Of a stretch of DNA of 64,000 bases, positions 19,024 through 27,901 are shown piece after piece (position 1 is the first letter of the stretch; each line of letters begins with the position of its first letter). The notes beneath the pieces are model-generated. The model had not been told where the DNA came from, did not search any database, and saw only the letters and a list, made by a program, of their open reading frames with translations. This DNA is from an uncultured Verrucomicrobiota bacterium. GTDB taxonomy: Bacteria; Verrucomicrobiota; Verrucomicrobiia; Limisphaerales; CAZVRY01. Both the position numbers and the translations under genes were made by a program. The stretch covers positions 37 to 64,036 of the forward strand of contig CAZVRY010000008.1 of NCBI GenBank assembly GCA_964629545.1. The letters run 5' to 3'.

Positions 19024-21096
19024 ATGATGTTTCCGATCTCTAGTTTTCGCGCCAGTCTCTCCGGCCTCGTCAGACGTGCCAACCGCCTCTATGCCCATCC
19101 GGTCTTTCTGGACGAAGCCATCATTGACGGCTCGCTTGAAGAAACCACCGCCCTTTGGCTTGAGTTCCTTTCTCTCAAACGCCTGGTGCAGATTGATAGC
19201 CAGCCGGAAGGCGCTCTGACTCAATTCGTGGCGGATCCAAGGTCGGAGTGTGAGCTGCTACTGAAGCGCGCGCCAAAGCTCGTTGGTTTCTCCTTGGACG
19301 CGCTCGGGCCTCGCACAACGCGCCTCCGCGTGCAGGCTCGTCCGGGTGCATTCGCGGGGCGGATTGCCCTGCTGTGCTGTGCCCTCCTCCCGGCGACGCT
19401 CAATGCAATTCTGGCCACCTGTCTTTTGGAGAGGTGCCTGGTGGCTCAGCCTAACTTCGCCTCCATGGCCGGTCTTGTGGCGGTGTTCGCAGCGTGTTTC
19501 GTATCGGCGTTTTGGCTTATTGAAGGGCTTGGAGCAGGAGGTTCGGTCTTGCCTGGCTTCAACCGCTTTCTTGCCTCTTCGACTCCCTTGCGCCTCTTCG
19601 TGGTAAGGGCGGTGTGGTATTCATCGTCGAAGCTCTGCGCGTTCCTTTTGCAGGTCCTTGGCTTTGCATTCGTAATCGGCCAAATCTCCGCCACGGTCGC
19701 GGTTATTGAGCCAAGCCCAGGCACGAATATTCCCCTCCTATGGGGCATGCTGTCGCTATTCGCGGTCGTCTTCATTTCCACGCCATTGACCCCCCGATGG
19801 ATTGTTGGCATGGACGCTTTCCTGGCTTCCACGACCTTGGCTATGCACAATCTGTTACCGTTCATCACTGCGGTCGCTCTCGCTGTCCTCATCAGGAGGA
19901 GTGGTACCGTGTCGGGTTCCGGAGTCGTTGCCATCGCTTTCATCGCGGCATTCGGTTGTGCCACAGCTCTGGCTTTCTTGGTGCTGGGAGGGATTGGTGG
20001 CTTCGTTTCCGCCAAGGAGATCGATTTTTGGCGGGCGCGGACGGAGGCATACCGCAATCATACGGCCTTTCGGCGGGCAATGCTCCTCCCTGTGCTGGTG
20101 ACTTGCTGCCTATCCGCAGGCTTGCTCTTCATCTTCACCTTCATTGGTGGTGTGCTTTTTCTTCAGGCCAGGTTTTTGGGCGAATACAGGCTGGTCGATG
20201 TTCCGCTGGGCTACTTCGTCGCGACAGCGGTGGTTGAGAAGTTCATCGCTCGCATGTCCGACTTCGTCGGTCTCCCAATCAACGCCCGATTTGCCGCGAA
20301 CTGTCTATGGGTCTGCCATTTTGCCCCAGTTCTTTTCTGGGGTGGCAGCCACATCCTCTTCTCGGTCAGCGAGGTGTGGCATCACATCGGGTTGTGTTCG
20401 CAGCGCCAGCCAACCCTGGTCCCGGGGAAAGCCAGGAAGGCGATCGAACTCCTGGGCCAAATAGCCTCCGATGTGGGCATGCGAGCGCCAACCCTCCGGT
20501 GGGAGGAAAACACCGCGATTAGCGCGCGCGCCGTCATCTCCCCGCTGCCCTGGTTGCCAAGGATCGTTATCGTTTCTACCGGGGCCTTGGAGTGCCAATC
20601 GAGGGAGAACCTGCGCGCGATGCTTGCCCACGAGGTTGGCCACTTGAAACTTGGCCACACCAAGGCATACACCCTGCTTCGGCTCCTCTCCCGAATTCTC
20701 ATGTTGGGCCCTGGATCGCTCACCGGCTTGATTCGCACTCCTGACTGGTTTGAAGCCGAGGCGGACCGCTTCGCGGTGGAGTGGCTTGAGGCCCACGGCG
20801 GATCGCGCGAGGATCTCATTGCCGCCCTCACTCTGACTGAGCAGCAGCGATTCCTGGGGCTCCTGCATCCTCAGGGTCCGGATGGCGTCGGGATGCATCA
20901 TGGTGCGCTTGCTGACTGGCTGCCGCCGAAGCTGCGCGAAGTCCTGGCCGGGGCCGGGGCACTTCCATGGCATCGAAGGGTTGCCGGCGGCTGGCGGTTG
21001 CTTTATCATCTGACCATGCATGCAGGTTTGGCCAGCTACGTGCACCTCCCGCTTCCGGAGCGGGTGGTCATCATTCGGCAGCTACCCCGCAATTGA
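19024..21096 (+). CDS. Polytopic membrane protein with a C-terminal M48/M56-type Zn-metalloprotease domain (paralog 2)
   Basis: The track ORF starts at TTG 18985 and the first ATG is at 19024. HEVGH lies at nt 20629-20643, followed by EAEADRFA. The architecture matches paralog 1. The last ~115 aa are nearly identical to paralog 1. Confidence 0.7.
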   Translation: MMFPISSFRASLSGLVRRANRLYAHPVFLDEAIIDGSLEETTALWLEFLSLKRLVQIDSQPEGALTQFVADPRSECELLLKRAPKLVGFSLDALGPRTTRLRVQARPGAFAGRIALLCCALLPATLNAILATCLLERCLVAQPNFASMAGLVAVFAACFVSAFWLIEGLGAGGSVLPGFNRFLASSTPLRLFVVRAVWYSSSKLCAFLLQVLGFAFVIGQISATVAVIEPSPGTNIPLLWGMLSLFAVVFISTPLTPRWIVGMDAFLASTTLAMHNLLPFITAVALAVLIRRSGTVSGSGVVAIAFIAAFGCATALAFLVLGGIGGFVSAKEIDFWRARTEAYRNHTAFRRAMLLPVLVTCCLSAGLLFIFTFIGGVLFLQARFLGEYRLVDVPLGYFVATAVVEKFIARMSDFVGLPINARFAANCLWVCHFAPVLFWGGSHILFSVSEVWHHIGLCSQRQPTLVPGKARKAIELLGQIASDVGMRAPTLRWEENTAISARAVISPLPWLPRIVIVSTGALECQSRENLRAMLAHEVGHLKLGHTKAYTLLRLLSRILMLGPGSLTGLIRTPDWFEAEADRFAVEWLEAHGGSREDLIAALTLTEQQRFLGLLHPQGPDGVGMHHGALADWLPPKLREVLAGAGALPWHRRVAGGWRLLYHLTMHAGLASYVHLPLPERVVIIRQLPRN

Positions 21097-21141
21097 TTCC
21101 GCTCATGACCACTTCCCTCGTATCGCCTGATGTTGCCCGAT
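20741..21141 (+). repeat. High-identity direct repeat, copy 2
   Basis: Partner of 18500-18900. The repeat runs past the stop codon into the first ~10 codons of the downstream gene. Compare CTCATGACCACTTCCCTCGTATCGCCTGATG with CTCGTGAACGCTTCCCTCGCATTGGCTGGTG after copy 1. Confidence 0.75.
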
Positions 21142-21998
21142 GGGTGGCGAAGCAACTCTTCCTGGAGAATTATCCGGACCACGGGGGCTGGTTTGACCTC
21201 GCCTGGGAAGCCACCCTCAAGGGCCCTCGACCCTCGCTTGAGTCGGGCCCCCTGTCTCCCTTGCCGGGGCTTGGGGCTGGGGCAACCACCGATCCTTTCA
21301 CGCAGCAGATGGCCCGAAACTTCGCTGTTTACGCCGCTGGGCTCATCATCGACTCGCCCATGGCGGCGGATGCGCTGGCTCGGCGGCTTATCAAGGCGGC
21401 CGAACAAAGTCGTGGTGCGAAGGCTTTCGTGGCTCGATTAGCAGGCCGTGCCACGCGTTTGATTCAAGAATCTGGTGCCGCTTGGACAGTGTGGAAGTGC
21501 GGGGCGGACGAGGTCGTTCCGATGTCTCCGGAGTATGTTAGCGCCGCAGAACTCGAAGAGCGCTTCTGGGCTCATCGGCGCGAGTACGACATCTTCATCC
21601 GAGATCATTCGGTCTTCTTCCCTTCCAAGGATGGCGATACCCCTATCGACTTGGAGAAAGAGGAGCGCTTCATTCTCTTGGTCGTCTTCCTTCGTTACCG
21701 CGGTAGTCCACTTGCCACAGATGAACTTTACCTCCGGGCCTATCAGCAAAAGAGCGTCACGTGCGGGAGATCCGAGTTGGAGCTAGTCGATCACTATCTT
21801 AAATCGCCCATCTCCGCCTTGCGCGATCGCATTGGCTCTAAGATCAGCTCATTCGTCATCCCGCGAAAGTCGCCCAACAGCGGGTATTATTGCACAGGCC
21901 GCTTTGGTTTCTGCCTCGCGCTCCCCTCCGCAGCCGAAGAGAGGTTCCGGGTCCGGAGCGCCCTCGAGAAACCGGACTCGGCCCAGCCGTCCGGATAA
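21105..21998 (+). CDS. Hypothetical protein with a C-terminal OmpR/PhoB-type winged-helix DNA-binding domain
   Basis: The ATG at 21105 is the first start after the upstream stop; the track ORF 20967 overlaps the M48 gene. The C-terminus IDLEKEERFILLVVFLRYRGSPLATDELYLRAY...DHYLKSPISALRDRIG...SGYYCTG resembles Trans_reg_C. Confidence 0.5.
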   Translation: MTTSLVSPDVARWVAKQLFLENYPDHGGWFDLAWEATLKGPRPSLESGPLSPLPGLGAGATTDPFTQQMARNFAVYAAGLIIDSPMAADALARRLIKAAEQSRGAKAFVARLAGRATRLIQESGAAWTVWKCGADEVVPMSPEYVSAAELEERFWAHRREYDIFIRDHSVFFPSKDGDTPIDLEKEERFILLVVFLRYRGSPLATDELYLRAYQQKSVTCGRSELELVDHYLKSPISALRDRIGSKISSFVIPRKSPNSGYYCTGRFGFCLALPSAAEERFRVRSALEKPDSAQPSG

Positions 21999-22157
21999 AC
22001 GCCTTAGGTCAGTTCGCGCTGCGTGCCTGGGCCGTCGCTCTCGGTGCGCTCGTGGCTCTCACGCCTTGCCGCCGCTGGCTGAGGTACACCTTCCATCCAC
22101 CTCCTGCTCCCCCTCATTACCACCACTCGCTGATTCAGATTCTCTACGGTCTGCCCC

Positions 22158-22685
22158 ATGCAGATCGATTTGTATTCAGCGGGTGGCAGCCAAGCCGAGC
22201 GGGAGGTCCGCGACACCTTGGTCGCCTTCCGGCGTGAACCTCGCCGCCTAATCCGGGCCCTAGCTGAGCATCTCAGCGCGGTCATCATCCCCGCCCACGC
22301 GGCAGGTTTCACATTCTGCCCCAGGACTTGGCGCCTCCTCCCAAACGGGCAAGAAGCGAGCCCTGAGCTCTATGCCGTTTCCATTCGCGGGCATGGGCTG
22401 CCATTCGATGGCATTCCCGCAGAGCGTGAGATCTGGCGGTGGCTGCGGCAGGCCATGGGGCTCCTCGCTCGGCCAGGCCATTTCATCGGTGGCTGGAAGC
22501 AGGGAAGCCTCTTCTACCTCGATGTGACCTGCGTTGTCTTGGGCGAAGAGGCTGCCCTCGCCTTCGCCCGGGCCAACTACCAGCAGACGATCTACCACTT
22601 CGCCACCGGGAAAGAGATCCTCGTGAACGATCCCATCCTCCGACCTGCGACCGGTTCCTGTGCTTTAGCCCGCCATTCCACCTAA
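22158..22685 (+). CDS. Hypothetical protein (175 aa)
   Basis: ATG start, protein-like composition and position in the co-directional gene string. No motif recognised. Confidence 0.4.
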   Translation: MQIDLYSAGGSQAEREVRDTLVAFRREPRRLIRALAEHLSAVIIPAHAAGFTFCPRTWRLLPNGQEASPELYAVSIRGHGLPFDGIPAEREIWRWLRQAMGLLARPGHFIGGWKQGSLFYLDVTCVVLGEEAALAFARANYQQTIYHFATGKEILVNDPILRPATGSCALARHST

Positions 22686-22724
22686 CCCCAACTCCATCGC
22701 CAACCCTCAACAACCATCTACACC

Positions 22725-22901
22725 ATGTCCTGGCGAACCACCATCACCACTCACTGGGCCGACATCCTTCGCTTCGTCGCCCGCGGTCTCCTCCTCCTCA
22801 ACGGCATCTTCGCAGCGCTCGCTGCCACCTATGTCGGAGCGAAGTTCCTTTGGTTCTTCGTCCGTTACCTCGACCGCACCCTCTTTTCCGCCCCCTGGTA
22901 A
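22725..22901 (+). CDS. Small membrane protein (58 aa; below the track's size cut-off)
   Basis: My own translation from ATG 22725 gives MSWRTTITTHWADILRFVARGLLLLNGIFAALAATYVGAKFLWFFVRYLDRTLFSAPW*. It has one or two hydrophobic helices. Its stop lies 1 nt before the next ATG (22903). Confidence 0.4.
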   Translation: MSWRTTITTHWADILRFVARGLLLLNGIFAALAATYVGAKFLWFFVRYLDRTLFSAPW

Positions 22902-22902
22902 C

Positions 22903-23355
22903 ATGCCACCCGATCCCTTCAACCCGTTCGAAACCCCGGAATCCACGCCCCTGCGGCGCGACTGGGTCCGGCGCCGTCGTCTCGATGCCAACGGTCAGAT
23001 CATCGACGAGCTTGTTGTCGAGAAGATCATCCGCGTGTCGCCTGAGGGGTCGATCGATCAGGAGCAAGTCATGGTCGATCGCTATTACGACTGCGGGCAC
23101 ACCGCCGACATGCCACCCGGTGGCCGCTGCGCCGAACCCGGCTGTTTCCGAACCACCTGCCAACAGTGTTTCACACGCTGCGCGGCCTGCAATGTGCCTC
23201 TTTGCCAACGCCACGCGATGCGGTGTGATCAGGAAGGACGAGCCTTCGTGCTCTGCCGTGAATGCCGTGACACGGGCCGTCGGCGCGAATTCTGGCGCGG
23301 GCTTCGGCGTGCCCTCCTGAGCCCATTCGTCACCTTCCCGGAACAGAAAGACTGA
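22903..23355 (+). CDS. Cys-rich zinc-ribbon-like protein
   Basis: Internal ATG of track ORF 22831-23355, placed directly after the small membrane gene. The Cys/His cluster is CGH..GGRCAEPGCFRTTCQQCFTRCAACNVPLCQRH..RCD..FVLCRECR. Confidence 0.5.
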   Translation: MPPDPFNPFETPESTPLRRDWVRRRRLDANGQIIDELVVEKIIRVSPEGSIDQEQVMVDRYYDCGHTADMPPGGRCAEPGCFRTTCQQCFTRCAACNVPLCQRHAMRCDQEGRAFVLCRECRDTGRRREFWRGLRRALLSPFVTFPEQKD

Positions 23356-23361
23356 GCTGCC

Positions 23362-25065
23362 ATGCGCCACCCTTCTCCATTCTTTGAACGCATTCGCTGG
23401 GCCCAGGAACGGGGCGCCTTCGCGGACCGCGTTGGCCGGAGCATCCTGGCCGTCCTGCACGTGCAGCCCGACGATCCGGTCACGCGCCAACTCGCGGAGT
23501 CGCGCATTCATTCCCTCGAGCGACGGGCCGCGAGCGGCAGCCTGCCGCCCTTCAAAGCCTCCCAACTCCACGCCGGCGAACTCGCCCTCGGCAAGGACCC
23601 CTACGGCCGTGATGTGAAGGTGCTCCTCCGTTGGTTGTGCTCCGGGCTCCTCCTGGTCGCCAACACAGGGGGAGGCAAGTCAAACCTCGTCTCTTGGATC
23701 GTCCTCCAACTCGCCCACCTCAACTGCCCCACCTGGCTCTTTGAGCCCTACAAGATTCAGCTCCGCCGGCTCCGGCCCCTCTGCCAGCGCTATCAGCGCC
23801 CCCTCGCTGTTCTCCCGTGGCGCCAATGGCGGTGGAACTTGCTGCAAAGCCCCCTCGAAGATCCGCGGCTTCACATGGCGACCGCCGTGGACCTTCTGAC
23901 ACGCGTCCTCAACATCCCCGGGCGCGCCGGCACCATCCTCCGGCAGGGGATCCACGAGCTCTTCACCCGGTTCGGCGTCTGGAAGGACAACGCCACCAGA
24001 TTCCCCACTCTCTTCCATCTCTATGAATGGGTTCGCACCCAGGCTGGCCTCAACGTGCCCGCCCGCGACGCCATCATGGATCGTCTCGGATCCTTCCTCA
24101 CCGTCCTCACGCCCCAGGTCGGGGCCTGGAATCTCGCCTGGTCCCCCGCCGATCTGGCCCGGCACAGCGTCGTGTTCGAAATGCGTGGGGCCGCCGAGTC
24201 CGTCCGCAGCCTCCTCCCCCAGTCGCTCCTCTTCTCCACCTTCCAGTCCCGCGTCGAAGCCGGCCTCTGCAACGGCCCCCTGGAACTCTTCATTTTCTTC
24301 GAGGACAGCCAACGCCTCTTCGATGACGCCAGTGCCGCCAACGCCGGCCAAGTCACCCCTCTTGACGAACTCGCCGGCATCATCCGTGGCTCCGGCCTGG
24401 GGTTCGGCCCGGTGCTTCAGAGCACCATCGGGTTCTCCCGCAGGCTCCGGCCGAATCTCGCGCTGAAGCTCTTCGGCCGGCTCGGCTGCCATGATGACCT
24501 GGTCACCCTCGCCGCCGACTGCGCCTTGGATCCCGAACAGATCGCCTTCGCGCAACACCGCCTTGTTCCGGGCACGTTCATCGGCCGAGCCAGTGAAGGC
24601 AACTGGACCGAACCCTTCCTCTTCCATGTTCCGCACATTCAACTGCCAGGGAGCCCCACGGAGGATGAAGTCCAGTCCAGCCTCGCGCCGCTCAATGCGC
24701 TTCCCGCCCGGTTCGCCGACGAATTCGCCCACTGGGAGGCCCACCCCGTCGTCGTGGTTCAGGGGACTGCCGCAGCCGGGGTGCCGGCCACGCCGGAGAC
24801 CCCAGCGGCGCCCGTCCTTTCGGAAGCCGAGTTGCGGTTCCTCCGCGCCATCGTCGCCAATCCCGGCCAGCCCGCGAGTTTCTACTGCCGTGCCACCCGG
24901 CTGAACGGGACCCGTCTGGCCGAGCTTCGGCGGAACCTCGCCAGCCGCGGGTTCATCCGCGAGCACACCATCGCCGCCAACGCGCGCGGCCGCACTTCGA
25001 TCGTCATCGAACCCCTGCCGTCGGCCCACCAAGCGGTCGCGAGCCAGCCCGATCCCGAAGCATGA
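23362..25065 (+). CDS. HerA/FtsK/TraG-like P-loop ATPase with a C-terminal winged-helix domain
   Basis: 567 aa. Walker A is LLLVANTGGGKSNLV (nt 23662-23685) and a Walker B-like motif is LELFIFFEDSQ. The C-terminal LSEAELRFLRAIVANPGQPASFYCRATRLNGTRLAELRRNLASRGFIREH is wHTH-like. Confidence 0.6.
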   Translation: MRHPSPFFERIRWAQERGAFADRVGRSILAVLHVQPDDPVTRQLAESRIHSLERRAASGSLPPFKASQLHAGELALGKDPYGRDVKVLLRWLCSGLLLVANTGGGKSNLVSWIVLQLAHLNCPTWLFEPYKIQLRRLRPLCQRYQRPLAVLPWRQWRWNLLQSPLEDPRLHMATAVDLLTRVLNIPGRAGTILRQGIHELFTRFGVWKDNATRFPTLFHLYEWVRTQAGLNVPARDAIMDRLGSFLTVLTPQVGAWNLAWSPADLARHSVVFEMRGAAESVRSLLPQSLLFSTFQSRVEAGLCNGPLELFIFFEDSQRLFDDASAANAGQVTPLDELAGIIRGSGLGFGPVLQSTIGFSRRLRPNLALKLFGRLGCHDDLVTLAADCALDPEQIAFAQHRLVPGTFIGRASEGNWTEPFLFHVPHIQLPGSPTEDEVQSSLAPLNALPARFADEFAHWEAHPVVVVQGTAAAGVPATPETPAAPVLSEAELRFLRAIVANPGQPASFYCRATRLNGTRLAELRRNLASRGFIREHTIAANARGRTSIVIEPLPSAHQAVASQPDPEA

Positions 25066-25502
25066 AAGGCGACTTCCTCCATAACCACGTCCTCGCCAAC
25101 TGCCTCGTGCAGGACCTCCAGGCGGGCGGTTGCACCGTGTCCATCGAGCACCGGGTCGACCCGACGCCTCACCCGCGTCACGCCGACCTGGTCACATTGA
25201 TCGGAGATCGGGTGATTGTCATCGAGTTGGAACGGTCCGCCGCCCGGGTGCGCTCTGACATGGCCAAGGCCGACGCGCTCGGTGCCGACACTCTCCTGAT
25301 CGTGGTCCCCCATTCGCGCCTTGTCCGTTCGGTCCGGAACGCCGTTCGCAAGAGCCGGGCTGCTTCACGCCGGAAAACCCCGCGAGTGCTCATCCTCACG
25401 CTCGGTGCGGCTCGCCGCTGGATCGCTCAGCAACTTGGCCGTCTGCAGACTTCCATCTCCCCAACGACTTCACTCCCCACCCCCCATCCTCACCCACTAT
25501 GA
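25062..25502 (+). CDS. Small PD-(D/E)xK-like (restriction-endonuclease-fold) protein, tentative
   Basis: 146 aa with an ATGA overlap with the ATPase gene. The pattern SIEH...HADLVTLIGDRVIVIELERS is compatible with an E...D...E-x-(K/R) nuclease core. This is a weak, motif-only assignment. Confidence 0.4.
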   Translation: MKGDFLHNHVLANCLVQDLQAGGCTVSIEHRVDPTPHPRHADLVTLIGDRVIVIELERSAARVRSDMAKADALGADTLLIVVPHSRLVRSVRNAVRKSRAASRRKTPRVLILTLGAARRWIAQQLGRLQTSISPTTSLPTPHPHPL

Positions 25503-25735
25503 ACACCACGCCGCAACCTCGCTGGAACAACATTGTCGCCGCCATCCTGGCCCTGGGTGCCGTGATCTTCCTGCTCACGCATCACCGCCAGGCGGCTGGG
25601 TTCCTCGAAACCGCCACCCGCATCGGCCCGGGCCATTCCTCAGAGGACAAGACCCTGGGTCTGATCGCGATCGGCATCTGTGGAGTCACCGTGGTGGCCA
25701 TCGTCCGGCTCCTCACCAGCAACCGCCGTGATTAA
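25499..25735 (+). CDS. Small two-TM membrane protein (78 aa)
   Basis: ATGA overlap with the upstream gene. The hydrophobic segments are IVAAILALGAVIFLL and LGLIAIGICGVTVVAIVRLL. Confidence 0.5.
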   Translation: MNTTPQPRWNNIVAAILALGAVIFLLTHHRQAAGFLETATRIGPGHSSEDKTLGLIAIGICGVTVVAIVRLLTSNRRD

Positions 25736-25741
25736 TCCCTC

Positions 25742-26062
25742 ATGAACACCCCGCTCATCTCCAATGCCACCCAGGCCGTGGGCCGGATCGACTCTGAGCG
25801 GACGGCTCGCCTGCTCGGGTTCGCCCTGTCCGACATCCCGATTCTGACCCGGGCCCGCTTGCTGAAACCGCTCGGCAATCCGGTGCCCAACGCGCCGAAG
25901 TATTTCGCCGCTGCCGAGGTCCTTCAACTCGCTGTGAGCCGCGAGTGGCTCGACAAGGCCACCCGCGCCACGTCGCTCCACTGGCGCGAGCGGAACGAGC
26001 GCGTTCGGCGTCGGGCCAAAATGTCCAGTCCACCCTCATCCACCACCACCAACCCCCAATAG
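25742..26062 (+). CDS. Small HTH (excisionase/MerR-like) protein, tentative
   Basis: 106 aa. SERTARLLGFALSDIPILTRARLLKPLGNPVPNAPKYFAAAEVLQL resembles HTH_17/excisionase-type DNA-binding proteins. Confidence 0.4.
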   Translation: MNTPLISNATQAVGRIDSERTARLLGFALSDIPILTRARLLKPLGNPVPNAPKYFAAAEVLQLAVSREWLDKATRATSLHWRERNERVRRRAKMSSPPSSTTTNPQ

Positions 26063-26075
26063 AAAGAACCTCATT

Positions 26076-27833
26076 ATGCTTAACCTCCATTCCTCGGTCC
26101 GTGCCGTGCGGCATCCCATCTTCGCTGCCACGCTCTTCGCTCATGTCATGCTGACCTATCCCATCGCCTTGCTCATCGTGCTTGCGGGTCACGCCGCGTC
26201 GCCCCGTGAGCCGGCGGTGCTCTACCTCATCGCCGCCATGTGGGTCTTTATCACCCCCCTCCTGATCGCGTCCTGGATGCTCTTCCTTTGGTTGATCCTC
26301 GGCCCACGACGGACCGGAGGCCCACTGGTTGATCCGTCGCTCCCGGCCGCACCCGGCGACCTTCCGCCCGTGGCACCTCCGAGGTCTCCACGCGACCCGG
26401 ATGCTGACGACTCCATGCCCATTCAGCGGGAGGACGCCAAGGCCACCCCGCCGGCTGCTGAAGACACGCCTTCCGTGCCGGAGCCTGAGTGCCCTGTCCC
26501 GGCGCCGGTCGTGCCGAAGGCGCAAGGCGCGCGCGACCTGCGGCTCCCGGAAGTGATCGTCAGCCGTGAATTGATCCATTCCATGCACGATTACATCGAG
26601 AAGTTCGGCGCCGAGCGCGGCTCCGATCTTGAGATCGGAGGAATGTTGACCGGTCAGTTCGAGCAGGCCACGGCCGACCGGCCTGCGACCATCCGGCTTA
26701 ATGGATTTATCGACGCTGGCCCCGGAGCCGATTGCCAGCCCGGCAGCTTCCTCATGGATGGCGACTACCAGGAGAATAGACACACCGCCCTCCAAATCCA
26801 GCATCCCGACTGCGGCAACCTCGGCATGTTCCATAAACATCCCGGCACCTTCGACCAGTGCAGCACCGGTGACCAACAGGCTGACCGCGAAGCTGTGAAA
26901 TCATCCAGCTTCGGAATCCTCGTCTTCATCATCGTCACCCGCGACAATTCGCGCGCCCATCCGCAGAGCGTCCGTCACGGCCGGTTGAAGTTCGACTTCT
27001 ACCTCATGGGCCGTGATCTCGGGCCCGATTACCACGCCATCACGCCCGCAGTCATTGATGTGCCGATGGTTAAACCGGATCCAAACCTCGTCCAGTGGGT
27101 CGAGCAGCGCGGGCCCGAAACGCGCCTGGATTGGCTCCTCCTTCGCACTGCCCTTCCGAACGCCAAGTTCACGTTGGCGTCCACCGGGGCCGGTCATGAC
27201 CTCTTGCTCAAGGCCGAACTCGACCAGGGGCGTTGCCATGTCTGGCTCCGGACCGATGGTACGATGCGGGTGTTCCTCGCCAAGGGTTCCGAGCTGCTCG
27301 GAGAATGCCCCGGACCCTGGAATCAACCTGAAGCCGGGCCTTTCATCTTCGTGACGCACTTGATCCTGCACGCCTCCCGTTCGCTCCGCGCGGCCGAGGT
27401 GAGCCGCCGCCGCCACCACTACCTGCGCCATTTCCAGCCTCACCCGCTCCTCAGCGACAAGAATCGCCTCGTCGCCGAGGTCAGGGCTGTGCGCGAGCGG
27501 GTGCCGGAAGCCGAGCTCAAGTCGGCCGAAGGCAGCCTCCACTGGCTTTGCACCATCCACCAGCATGGGCAATCGGTTGGGTTGAAAGTCGAGTATCCCG
27601 TCACCTACCCGCATACCCCACCCACGGTCTGCACGCTCACTGACCTCAAGTCGGGAGCACCGCACTACTTGAGCGGTCGCCGGCTCTGCTGGATCGATTT
27701 CTACGGGAGCCATAGCGAGTGGAACCCCGGGCGCGACACCGCAGCCACCGCAGTCATCGCGGTGCAGCGCTGGTTCGCGTGCTACCTCGTCTGGCTCACT
27801 CTCAAACACTGGCCCGAATCGGCCGACCACTAG
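26076..27833 (+). CDS. Membrane-anchored JAB/MPN metalloisopeptidase fused to an E2-like (UBC-fold) domain
   Basis: 585 aa with N-terminal TM segments (IFAATLFAHVMLTYPIALLIVLAG; VLYLIAAMWVFITPLLIASWMLFLWLILG) and a Pro-rich linker. The JAMM motif is E (LEIGGML) plus HKHPGTFDQCSTGD (H-x-H-x7-S-x2-D, nt 26832-26873). The C-terminus LKVEYPVTYPHTPPTVCTL...APHYLSGRRLCWIDFYGSHSEWNP..AVIAVQRWF resembles an E2 core, with a candidate catalytic Cys at nt 27687-27689. Confidence 0.65.
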   Translation: MLNLHSSVRAVRHPIFAATLFAHVMLTYPIALLIVLAGHAASPREPAVLYLIAAMWVFITPLLIASWMLFLWLILGPRRTGGPLVDPSLPAAPGDLPPVAPPRSPRDPDADDSMPIQREDAKATPPAAEDTPSVPEPECPVPAPVVPKAQGARDLRLPEVIVSRELIHSMHDYIEKFGAERGSDLEIGGMLTGQFEQATADRPATIRLNGFIDAGPGADCQPGSFLMDGDYQENRHTALQIQHPDCGNLGMFHKHPGTFDQCSTGDQQADREAVKSSSFGILVFIIVTRDNSRAHPQSVRHGRLKFDFYLMGRDLGPDYHAITPAVIDVPMVKPDPNLVQWVEQRGPETRLDWLLLRTALPNAKFTLASTGAGHDLLLKAELDQGRCHVWLRTDGTMRVFLAKGSELLGECPGPWNQPEAGPFIFVTHLILHASRSLRAAEVSRRRHHYLRHFQPHPLLSDKNRLVAEVRAVRERVPEAELKSAEGSLHWLCTIHQHGQSVGLKVEYPVTYPHTPPTVCTLTDLKSGAPHYLSGRRLCWIDFYGSHSEWNPGRDTAATAVIAVQRWFACYLVWLTLKHWPESADH

Positions 27834-27901
27834 ATCCACTTTCCGGGCTGCCGCCCGGCAAACACAGCAGAACCACCATCCACAGAACCTCTCGAACCCC
27901 G

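Noticed and set aside
22439-23320. 293-aa + strand ORF rich in Pro/Arg/Ser/His
   Set aside because: It overlaps four better-supported genes (22158-22685, 22725-22901, 22903-23355) in alternative frames and has low-complexity composition with no motifs.
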